Shown here one piece after another: positions 9,699-18,278 of a stretch of 54,692 bases of DNA. Numbering within the stretch: position 1 is the first letter of the stretch; each line of letters starts with the position of its first letter. Under the pieces are notes generated by a model. It was not told where the DNA came from, made no database searches, and saw nothing but the letters and a program-made list of their open reading frames with translations. Where the stretch lies: NCBI GenBank assembly GCA_031292775.1, contig JARLGN010000439.1, positions 1-54,692 on the forward strand, read 5' to 3'. The DNA comes from Acidobacteriota bacterium. Lineage in GTDB: Bacteria; Acidobacteriota; Terriglobia; UBA7540. A program made the translations under genes and the position numbers.

Positions 9699-9716
9699 AC
9701 GATGAAAAGAAGGGAG

Positions 9717-10856
9717 TTAATTGACAGGCTTACTGACATCCTGTCCGTGGATAGCCTCGACCATGGCCAAACTATGGCCGGACTGATTCTCCGCCATCCT
9801 CGCCTTCGCGTCAAGGAGCTTCGCAGCCTCCGCGAGGTCGGCCTCGTCAGTGATGTCATAGCGCTTGAACACGGCTGCCGTCTTGTGCCCGGAAATCCGC
9901 ATGGCCACAGACTCCGCGACGCCAAGGCGGCGGAGGTTGCGCACGCCAGTCCTGCGCAGGTCATGAAGTAGCAGCCCCGGGCACCCTGCGGCCTCAGTTA
10001 CCTTTGTCCACGTTACCCGGAAATCTTTCACAGGGCGACCGTCCGGCCAAGTGAAGACGAAGTCGTCCTCGCCCTTTCCGGCAACGCAGGCGGAGAGAAG
10101 GGCATAGACATTCTCCGTCATCACGACGACGCGGCCGCAATGGTTCTTGGAATCAAAGAGGCGGATGGTTCTGGCTGCGAGGTCCACCTGCCTGCATTTC
10201 AGGCTGAGGAGCTCGCCCCTGCGCCAGCCGTAGGTATAGGCGACCTCGAACAGCGACCTGAGCCACAGCCCCACCCTGTGGCACTCCTCGGCCAGCTTCG
10301 TGTACTGGTTGTCGCGGAGGAAGCCCTTGCGGGCATTGTTCTCGACCAGCATTGGGAACCATGGGATGGTCCGGACCAAGTTCGACTTTCTCGCCAGGTT
10401 GAAGGCCGCACGCAGCAGTGCCAGTTCGCGGTTAACCGTCGCAGGGGACGCTCCCTCCGCTCTCCGCTGCTCAACATATTTGCTGAGGTTAGGTGTGCAA
10501 AGGCTCGCGGCCTTCAGGTGGCCGAGCGCCGGCTGGAGGTGGAGCTTCCACCGTCTCTCCACATGGACGGCGTCCCGTAGGGCATTTGCCCGGTCGTAGC
10601 TCAGCTTGGCATCCACAAGCTCAGTCACCGTTACCCGTGAGGCTTTGGGGCTGTAGGTCCCGAGGCTCGCCTCCGCAATTTTGTCCCGGAGGCAATCCTG
10701 CGCCTTTCGCTTGTTGTCGGTTCCTGTTGACTCCCGGAAGCGTTGCCCGTTCCGGTGGAACTGCACCCACCAGATTTTGCTTCCCGGCTGTTGATACAGG
10801 CAACCCGTTCCTCTTGGTCTTTTTGCCATTCCATTTTTCCTGACTACAATGTACAC
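9717..10856 (-). CDS. Tyrosine-type site-specific integrase
   Basis: 379 aa. The C-terminal catalytic region carries LLLHDLRRTGVRNL and ISGHKTAAVFKRYDI (R..HxxR..Y signature). The stop lies 18 nt from the tRNA-Leu 5' end. Confidence 0.9.
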   Translation of the reverse strand: MYIVVRKNGMAKRPRGTGCLYQQPGSKIWWVQFHRNGQRFRESTGTDNKRKAQDCLRDKIAEASLGTYSPKASRVTVTELVDAKLSYDRANALRDAVHVERRWKLHLQPALGHLKAASLCTPNLSKYVEQRRAEGASPATVNRELALLRAAFNLARKSNLVRTIPWFPMLVENNARKGFLRDNQYTKLAEECHRVGLWLRSLFEVAYTYGWRRGELLSLKCRQVDLAARTIRLFDSKNHCGRVVVMTENVYALLSACVAGKGEDDFVFTWPDGRPVKDFRVTWTKVTEAAGCPGLLLHDLRRTGVRNLRRLGVAESVAMRISGHKTAAVFKRYDITDEADLAEAAKLLDAKARMAENQSGHSLAMVEAIHGQDVSKPVN

Positions 10857-10902
10857 GGCCCGAGCCGTAGAAGAAAAGTCAAATATGGCCTATGACTATG
10901 GC

Positions 10903-11115
10903 CTATGCAGAACTCGCCCGGAAGTCCGTCGCTGCGGGCACCGTGTATCTCTCCAGGTAATCGTCCAAGTGCTTTACCCGGAACCTCAGGGCGGATGTGT
11001 TGTCACCATCGCTGATGTATGCCATCTTGCCTTCGTGGACCAGATTCCTAAGCTTCCAGGGAGAAACCGCCAGATAGGCTGCGGCCGATTTCGTCTTCAA
11101 AACTTTGTTTTCCAT
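10903..11115 (-). CDS. Excisionase / MerR-AlpA-like helix-turn-helix protein
   Basis: The string KSAAAYLAVSPWKLRNLVHEGKMAYI is typical of excisionase-family HTH proteins. The gene sits directly upstream of int on the same strand. I prefer the internal ATG at 11115 (MENKVL...) to the ORF-track start at 11160. Confidence 0.6.
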   Translation of the reverse strand: MENKVLKTKSAAAYLAVSPWKLRNLVHEGKMAYISDGDNTSALRFRVKHLDDYLERYTVPAATDFRASSA

Positions 11116-11403
11116 TTGTAATTCCCCCCGTTCATCTATGTAATACTCAATCCTGAACAAAACTTTCAGACGAACCCCAAAAGGGGTCTCCGGTAGCTCA
11201 GTTTTTACGAAGAAATTGGGAAGTTCAGTTCAAAGGACTGACGAATTCAGGGTGGATTCGGAATAATGCCGATTCTTAATTTATTGAAAAATAAGGAAGA
11301 ACGAACTTTGATACGGATTCTGGGTCAAGGCGGTCAGGATTCCGAAATCAATCCGGTCGGCGATACACGTTTCAATCTGGCCATTTTTGCTTAGTTGCCA
11401 GTT

Positions 11404-11466
11404 CGCCTGGCACGATTCCCCGCCCGAGATACACTCCCCCAGATACCAATACTGGAATTCTGGCAG
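11404..11466. repeat. B-box copy 0 (diverged), about 180 nt upstream of the methyltransferase-1 start
   Basis: cctggcacgattccccgcccgagatacac matches copy 2 (17571-17599, cctggcacaacgcctcgcccgagatacac) at about 25/29 positions. aatact and ggaattctggca are also shared. Confidence 0.55.
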
Positions 11467-11649
11467 ATTTATTCCAAGAAACCCGGGAAACTTCGAAAAT
11501 CTTCTCGAGCAGCCGCCCATAAGGCATCGCTCTCCATAAAAGAACCTTTTTCTTTCCTCCAAGCCGTTAACTTGTCCCAAGAACCAGTAGTACGTCCCTA
11601 TAGGGGTATGGTTCGCCGTCCCCGGATGAAAGCTAGGAGGATCGCAGAG

Positions 11650-13179
11650 ATGGGAAGCCCGATACCAAATGATTTAACGACCGGGGAAGGCATCGTCAGG
11701 TTAAGCGGAATAGGACTCCGCCCGGACGTGGCAGGAGAAGAAAATGGGGCAACCGCAACCCCTGTGGGAGTGGGACGAGCGGAAGCGGCCAGTGTTCGCC
11801 TCATTACCACTGTGATTCAGACGGACTGCCTTGCGGGGCTTGACGGTCTGGAGAAAGGCTCAGTCGCTGCAATCGTTACGTCGCCGCCCTATAATATCGG
11901 GAAACAATATCAGGGGTCTGATGACAACAAAGATGACTATCAAAGCTGGATGCGCTCGGTTTTTGTCGCTTGCAAGCGAGCCTTGGCCGACAACGGGCAC
12001 TTCTTCCTCCAGGTGGGGGGCATTCCAAGCCGCCCCCTAATTCCGTGGGAAGTCATTACGCAAGCCCTCAGCGCCGGGTTTGTCCTGCAGAATCAGATTG
12101 TGTGGGTCAAAAGCGTGGCAATTAGGGAAAAGACTTACGGGCATTTCAAGCCTATAAACAGCAAGCGGTTTATGAACCAGACCCATGAGTTCATCTTCCA
12201 CTTGACCAACAAGGGAGAAACTTCAATCAACCGGCTGGCGGTGGGCGTCCCCTTCACTGACGAATCCAACATCAAGCGATTTGGGCATGAGAATAATCGA
12301 CGGTGCCGGGGGAATACCTGGTTCATCCCCTATGAGACGATAACCTCAAAGAAGAAGGGCTACAACCACCCGGCCGCCTTTCCCGTAGCCTTGCCCGAGA
12401 TGTGCATCAAATTGGCGGGAATCCCCCAAGGTTCTCTGGTTGTGGACCCATACGTCGGCACCGGAACTACGTTGGTAGCCTGCAAAAGACTCCAAATGAA
12501 CGGCATCGGATTTGATATTTCCCCCGAATACTGCAAGATGGCAGAAGAGCGTTTGATCGGTTTAGAACCGGCCACAGAACCAGCGATCCTTGTTGCCACG
12601 CTAACCCGTACCGCCCTCGGCGACACCGCTTCAATGATCCCGCCGAAGCAAGCAACGCCCCAGGCTTTCCTGGCGAACCCCGAAACCGAGATTCGGTTTT
12701 CCGGTTCGCCTTACCTGCGTAGGGTACCACCCACCTTCAGGTACGCCAATACTTGCCCGTGCTTGGAAGACGTCCCACTTGATCTCGGCGACCATCTTGA
12801 CGGCTTCGGGTTGATTTCCATCTTGCGAGAGACCAGATGCGGAGTAGTTGACCCACGGCCGTTCGACGATCAGTGGGCCAGGATCGTCCACAATCTCTGT
12901 GAGGCACGCGGAATACCGTTCAGATATGGACATATGGGGGACCGAGAACGGTTCCCGTCAAAGCTTCTGGGTAGCGTGGAGCGCGAGGACATCCCGGCGT
13001 TCTTTACTGGAACGCAGCCGGAAGGCAGATCGGCCGGACCCTTTCGGTTATCCGGATCGTTCGCTAGCGACATGGGCATGAGAACCTCGTGCCCAGCGGG
13101 TGTCGTATCGCTATTCTCGGAGACGGGGAAGTCCGAGTCCGGGAGTGGGCTGCCGAGGCCTGAGCAGGCGGCAAATTAG
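11650..13179 (+). CDS. DNA methyltransferase 1 (beta-class N4-C/N6-A, PF01555-like) with a long C-terminal extension
   Basis: Motif IV is IVTSPPYNIG. Downstream are HPAAFPVALPE and motif I VVDPYVGTGTTLVA (order IV then I, hence beta class). AGGAGG lies 9 nt upstream of ATG 11650; the ORF-track start 11395 overlaps the B-box. About 190 C-terminal aa are not MTase-like. Confidence 0.8.
   Translation: MGSPIPNDLTTGEGIVRLSGIGLRPDVAGEENGATATPVGVGRAEAASVRLITTVIQTDCLAGLDGLEKGSVAAIVTSPPYNIGKQYQGSDDNKDDYQSWMRSVFVACKRALADNGHFFLQVGGIPSRPLIPWEVITQALSAGFVLQNQIVWVKSVAIREKTYGHFKPINSKRFMNQTHEFIFHLTNKGETSINRLAVGVPFTDESNIKRFGHENNRRCRGNTWFIPYETITSKKKGYNHPAAFPVALPEMCIKLAGIPQGSLVVDPYVGTGTTLVACKRLQMNGIGFDISPEYCKMAEERLIGLEPATEPAILVATLTRTALGDTASMIPPKQATPQAFLANPETEIRFSGSPYLRRVPPTFRYANTCPCLEDVPLDLGDHLDGFGLISILRETRCGVVDPRPFDDQWARIVHNLCEARGIPFRYGHMGDRERFPSKLLGSVEREDIPAFFTGTQPEGRSAGPFRLSGSFASDMGMRTSCPAGVVSLFSETGKSESGSGLPRPEQAAN
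13054..13171. repeat. A-repeat copy 1 (inside the 3' end of methyltransferase 1)
   Basis: ggatcgttcgc..catgggcatgagaacc..gaagtccg..ggcctgagcaggcgg aligns colinearly with 17298-17412, roughly three quarters identical by eye. Confidence 0.6.
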
Positions 13180-13518
13180 TTTCGTCGCCAGTGTGCAGCG
13201 AAAACGGCGCGATCAAGATGGAACCGTTCAACGGTCCGCGGAATAGAGCAAGGGCGAGGCGGTGGCTTGATGGGTACTGAGGACGCTGAACCGCCATCTG
13301 GACTGGGGATGCTCGCCGCAACCGCGTCAAGGCCAGCTTGCGCGGACGCGCTATCGTAACCGGCGCAAGAAGCGGCTGAGAACCGAAGCAAAGTATCTTG
13401 GCTCTTGCGGTTCGGCGCGGAGAGTCGCCGATGCACGGGGGATCTGCGGACTGAAGTATGTCAGCCTCGCCGCCCACCAAAGACAAACCTGAATCAAGCT
13501 GATGACTGGCATCCCGGG

Positions 13519-14652
13519 TCAGCTACCCTCTGCACGATCCGACAAAGGACTCCAGTCCATGAACGGGATCGTTGATATGGTTCCTTTCGCCATTTCCCAG
13601 AGCTTTTCGTCCGGCTCAATACATGTGGCCGCCCAAATCCCCGAGGAACCGGTGAGGACCGGCAGCGCCACCGGAAAGCGGATTGAAAGCGTTGTGGTCG
13701 ACGCACTATCGGGAAACTGGTTCGGCAATTGGCTGAAGAGAGACTCTTCGAGAGATTCTGCAATCCTTTGGCGTGCCATCCCCGCATATTCAGGGTTCAA
13801 CTCCAGCCCAATGAACTGGCGATTATGCTGCACCGCAACTACTCCTGTTGTCCCCGAGCCGCAGAATGGGTCAAGCACGACGTCTCCCGGTCTGCTCCCT
13901 GCCAGGATGCACGGTTCAACCAGCTTCTGCGGGAAGACGGCGAAGTGAGCACCTTTATAATGCTGCACGGCTACGCTCCACACCGTTCGCTTGTTGCGGG
14001 TCTCCGAGATGGAGACAAAACTCTCCTGTCCTGTGCCCTTTTGACCGTTGCGCTTGCCGCCATAGCGGATGCGGCCAGTCCCGGCACGTTTGTCACTTGC
14101 CCATATCGCCGGTTCGGCGACGGCTCCGGAATCATAAAAATATTTTGCACTCTTGGTCAGCAGGAATACCTGTTCGTGGCACCGGGTGGGGCGTGTCTTC
14201 ACTGACTCCGGCATCGGGTTCGGCTTGTACCAGATTATCTCGGAGCGCAGCCACCAGCCGTCCCCACGCAGGGCGAGTGCGAGCTGCCATGGGATGCCCA
14301 CCAACTCTCCCGATTTGCAATTTTCCGGAACTGCCTTCGATGCGTAACTGTCCCCGATGTTCAGCCACAGCGTGCCGTCCGGTCGCAGGACCCTCCGGAC
14401 CTCACGAAACACCTCGACCATCTTTTCGACGTATCCAGTCGGGGTCGCCTCGTGACCGAGTTGGCCGTTGACGCCATAATCACGAAGGTTCCAGTAAGGA
14501 GGCGAAGTAACCACACACTGGACCGAATCTGACAGCATTGCTCCAAGCAGGTGCAGGCAATCCCCGACCCGCACCTCGAAAGTTGCTGCGACGGATTGTG
14601 GGCTGACGATTACCGGAGGGGCACTCCGCTCCAACTTTTGTAATTCCATCAT
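13519..14652 (-). CDS. DNA methyltransferase 2 (beta-class N4-C/N6-A, PF01555-like)
   Basis: Motif strings: VVTSPPYWNLRDYG, IIWYKPNPMPES, HFAVFPQKL and AGSRPGDVVLDPFCGSGTTGV. I prefer ATG 14652 (MMELQK, GGGAG upstream) over the ORF-track start at 14763. Confidence 0.85.
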   Translation of the reverse strand: MMELQKLERSAPPVIVSPQSVAATFEVRVGDCLHLLGAMLSDSVQCVVTSPPYWNLRDYGVNGQLGHEATPTGYVEKMVEVFREVRRVLRPDGTLWLNIGDSYASKAVPENCKSGELVGIPWQLALALRGDGWWLRSEIIWYKPNPMPESVKTRPTRCHEQVFLLTKSAKYFYDSGAVAEPAIWASDKRAGTGRIRYGGKRNGQKGTGQESFVSISETRNKRTVWSVAVQHYKGAHFAVFPQKLVEPCILAGSRPGDVVLDPFCGSGTTGVVAVQHNRQFIGLELNPEYAGMARQRIAESLEESLFSQLPNQFPDSASTTTLSIRFPVALPVLTGSSGIWAATCIEPDEKLWEMAKGTISTIPFMDWSPLSDRAEGS

Positions 14653-14976
14653 GGGCTCCCGAATTGAAATTGTCAGGAAAGACATGCGACTCACCGGGCG
14701 ATTGCGATACCGGCGGCGATGTGAGATAGCCGGGCGCCTGCCTGGAGGTGGTGCGATCAGCACCTGACAATGTTCAATACCGGTTTCTCAAAGAAAAATG
14801 GGTCGGGCGGAGATCCCATTGGCGGTGCAGTGGTGGGGCGGAAGATCGAAACCGGTCATAGACGGAAAACTCAGCGGTCCGAGGTTCCGCTGGTGTGCAT
14901 TCCAGGGCAACGCGGCAAGATCCCAAGATGAGACCGGACACTTATTCCAATGCCGTCACTTTTTGCCAGCTGGCCG

Positions 14977-15041
14977 TTCCCTGGCGCGATGTCCTGATTG
15001 AGATACACTGCCTCAGTTACTTCAATACTCGATTCCGGCAA
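14977..15041. repeat. B-box copy 1, about 600 nt upstream of the 15649 gene
   Basis: The core gagatacactgcctcagttacttcaatactcgattccggcaa (15000-15041) is 41/42 identical to 17590-17631. The left flank ttccctggc.. is also similar. Confidence 0.75.
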
Positions 15042-15648
15042 ATCCCTTTCGGGAATATCCGAGAGCTTTGCAAGTTTTTCGGGCAGCCCAACGGGAACTC
15101 GGGAGCCATGGGCAGGGACCCGACCATCCCTACCCTGGCCAAGCTGCCCCACTTGGCATGGTTCCCACCAAATCAGACTGTCTGGCCAACCACACGGTCG
15201 GGTTTCTTGTTTTCAGTGGTTTGGGTGACTCAGCCCAGCGCCGCGAGCAACCGGACTCCCAAAATCAAGGTCATGGTGCGGACAAGGGCAAACCTTTCCC
15301 GGACTAAGCTACCTGGAGTTGCGCCACCCCCCCCGAGGCCTACTGCCCGACCGATCCGCTCTTCCGGATCTCTCCAGCGCAATGGTGAGCGCTGCATGCC
15401 TGTTGTTCCCATCCTTTGAGATCGGCCCCTTACTTTTCAGTGGCTTATGGAAAGAATAGGAGAGTGCCGATTTTTTTCATTTTCTATGCCGGGCGCGGAG
15501 TATTTATCAGCACGGACTGTGCTCGACCTTCCAGGGTAGGGCACGTGGGATGGCGATCAGCAATGTCCCGCTCTCCCGAACAAGACATTGCGGTTCCAAA
15601 GCAACTGTCCTGTTGCCTTTCCGAACTCGACAACTCAAGGAGAACGCC

Positions 15649-17223
15649 ATGATGGATAAAATTCCTGCATATGACATGCCCGGGCTTCAAACTAGCGCAG
15701 AATCTGCACGAGTTCAGGGCGGATATGAGTCTCTCGATGTAAAGAGCACTAAGATGACCTATGAAGAACTAAATGGGGTCTTGGAAAAGCTCGCCACTAC
15801 TGTTGTTCAGACCCTCGACCAGATGGTTCCCTACTTGGCGAAAATGCAATCGCTGCTGAGCCAGCGTGGTGCGGACAGGAGGAAGGTTCTGCAACAGGCG
15901 GGGCTACCCGGCTGGACGCACTGGGCGAAGGCTTATGCCAGCAAGCTGGACCGCTCCCTGCGAACCATCCAGGACCGCATAAAGCAGTTCCGGGGGCAGC
16001 AGGCAGGCGGGACCACTGGCAAAACCAAAAGCGGCAGCACGGGCGAGCGCCTCAAGCTGGACAGCCGCCAGCAGGCTGCGCTGGTAAAGGCGCAAGTAGC
16101 GGCGAACGACCTCGTCGCCGCATTAAAAAGCGGCGCAGACTGGCAGACGCCACTCGCTGAATACCAGAAGGTCGCCGTCGCTCCGGCAAGGCTGGACACA
16201 TTCATGAATGCGCTTAGCCCGGAACCCGATTGGAAAAGCATCTTGAAGCAATTGGTAGATATGCTGGAGGAATGCGGCGGCGAGTTGCCCGTTCCGGTCA
16301 GGAACGCACTGCGTGCTGCGCAGAAGCTACTCGATGGCAAGGCCGACCAGCAGCAGGTGACTTCCGGAAAAGGGAAGGCTGGTGTCAAAGAGCAGAGCTG
16401 TGGGCAGAAGCCCAGAAACGACAGCACATGCTGCGTCGTCCCCCGGGAAGAAATGCCGAGCGGGGGTGCCCAGAAACTTTCCGTGTTGGTTAGGGGCACA
16501 GCATGTCCGACTGTTCCGGACCCTAAAGTAGAGTGTGGGCACGGAACGTTGGGCGCCGTATCCGTTCAGGGCTCCACTCCGGTGGCAGCAGTAATGGATG
16601 GCACCCCGCCCGAACAGACATCTGCTGAATATCAGAGTCGGAAGGCCGGGCAACAAAAGGAGTCCTGGCCGGGGAAGAAGCATGCCGAGCTAGCGGCCCA
16701 GGCAGCCAAGCCGGCCACCCCCCAGCCTGCCGCAACGCCAGCCCCGGAGCAAGGAACTAAGAAGAAAGCTCGGAAGGCGCCGGAGTCAGTTAAAACCAAA
16801 GTATGTCCTCCTGCCCTTAGCCCTGAGGAGGAAGAGCGCAAACAGGAAACGTCGGTTGCCGCCTCCAATTACCCTGGCCGCAGGCAAGGAGACTTTGTCC
16901 TTAATGAGAACCGCAAATATGAATATGACCCTGAGCTGGAGATGGCTGAAGCCGATGAAATCCAAGAAACCCAGCCCGGCAGTGAGCCGGTGCCTCCCAG
17001 GGAGCCGATGGCGAGCATCGAAAAATCGTATCGGGTGAAGCCCCGTAGCAAACCGGGATTCAAGACGGACTATTTGATTATCTGCGGCGGAGACAAGCAG
17101 CCATACGATGTATTCGACACCGAATGCGAAGCCAAAACGGTCTGCGAGAGTCTGAACAGTGGACTTGTGGGCAACATCGTGTCTCAGCACACTAACGCTC
17201 TATCAGCTGCACAGGCGGCGTAA
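15649..17223 (+). CDS. HTH (DUF3102-like) paralog X1: N-terminal HTH-like module, shared middle module, P/A/K-rich linker, small C-terminal domain
   Basis: AAGGAG lies 6 nt upstream of ATG 15649. LPGWTHWAKAYASKLDRSLRTIQDRI resembles the G.W..W......S.RTA.R signature. The middle 110 aa are homologous to 18279-19757. No enzymatic motif seen. Confidence 0.6.
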   Translation: MMDKIPAYDMPGLQTSAESARVQGGYESLDVKSTKMTYEELNGVLEKLATTVVQTLDQMVPYLAKMQSLLSQRGADRRKVLQQAGLPGWTHWAKAYASKLDRSLRTIQDRIKQFRGQQAGGTTGKTKSGSTGERLKLDSRQQAALVKAQVAANDLVAALKSGADWQTPLAEYQKVAVAPARLDTFMNALSPEPDWKSILKQLVDMLEECGGELPVPVRNALRAAQKLLDGKADQQQVTSGKGKAGVKEQSCGQKPRNDSTCCVVPREEMPSGGAQKLSVLVRGTACPTVPDPKVECGHGTLGAVSVQGSTPVAAVMDGTPPEQTSAEYQSRKAGQQKESWPGKKHAELAAQAAKPATPQPAATPAPEQGTKKKARKAPESVKTKVCPPALSPEEEERKQETSVAASNYPGRRQGDFVLNENRKYEYDPELEMAEADEIQETQPGSEPVPPREPMASIEKSYRVKPRSKPGFKTDYLIICGGDKQPYDVFDTECEAKTVCESLNSGLVGNIVSQHTNALSAAQAA

Positions 17224-17297
17224 TGGACCGCTGCCCCGAAAGTGGGTCAGCGATGGCCCGCCCCTGGCGCAGAGAGTCTGGGCGAACGAAGACACCT

Positions 17298-17412
17298 GGA
17301 TCGTCCGCCGGCAACATGGGCACGAGAACCTGAGGCCCTTGCGGGTTACATCGTTTTTGTCGGAAACGAGGAAGTCCGGGCGCAGGAGGGTGGCCCAGGC
17401 CTGAGCAGGCGG
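17298..17412. repeat. A-repeat copy 2 (intergenic)
   Basis: ggatcgtccgc..catgggcacgagaacc..gaagtccg..ggcctgagcaggcgg aligns colinearly with 13054-13171. Confidence 0.6.
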
Positions 17413-17566
17413 GGGGGATAATTGCTGCTGGGATGTTGCGCAAACGGCTCGGCAGGCAGGAATTGCTCAAAAGCGAGCGGAAGGGGTCAGTGGCACGGCG
17501 GCTGCCGCTTGAGGGGCATTGAGGAAGTCCGAGGGGGATGATCGCAGTATCCAACTTCGCACTGCA

Positions 17567-17631
17567 TTCCCTGGCACAACGCCTCGCCCGAGATACACGG
17601 CCTCAGTTACTTCAATACTCGATTCCGGCAA
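17567..17631. repeat. B-box copy 2, about 650 nt upstream of the 18279 gene
   Basis: gagatacacggcctcagttacttcaatactcgattccggcaa (17590-17631) has one mismatch to copy 1. Confidence 0.75.
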
Positions 17632-18278
17632 GTTCCGCCCAAAAACCTCTTGGGACGCCCACTGAACAAACATGTTGCGCTTGAAGCTGCAAGCAGCCGT
17701 GAGCCCTAATCTCGGTCTTGATGGTCAACATCGTCTGCTCCAGGTCGTCTCTGCCGCAGCAAGGGCATTCGCAAACTTCGGCGAGCCGCCAAGCGCCGGA
17801 GGGGTACCGCTCTTCTTTTTGCTGACCAATACTTCATTCGTTGTGTAAAATTCCACGCGACGTTAGCGTCACCACTTGCGGGTTTCCCCTCGTTCGGCAG
17901 CGTTCGGTCGAACTAGGATCCGAGCATGACATTGGGGATTTCAGCAATGGGGAGGAGCGGCTACTCTTAAAAGGTCCAGGCACGTGAGCCCCCTTCGCTG
18001 GAGTTGTGGGCGTTGATCTGGGCCTTGCCTGGGCGGGATTCGATACCGTGTGGCAAGTTGAAGTGGTGCCACAAATCGCGATGCTCATCGGCGCCTTGGT
18101 GCAGCGGAGCGAATTCCTTCTTTAGGCGAGGGGAGCTCAGTCGGTGCTGCCCGGTCAGCGGCGTAATGGCAGCGGGGGCATTGATGCCGGGATGCGGGGC
18201 GGATCCGAGCCAGGGATCCACCCGAGCCCCGATCGGGGCGATGGTCCTGGACCGGGGTGTCTGGAAAACGGAGGCTGC

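Noticed and set aside
11281-11580. 99-aa minus-strand ORF sharing LPE..YLG.. with minus ORFs 14871-15152 and 17467-17673 (possible small-protein family)
   Set aside because: The similarity is explained by the B-box DNA repeat. Both strands give similar peptides, substitutions show no synonymous bias, and the three ORFs differ in length and ends. I kept it as a DNA repeat rather than a CDS family.
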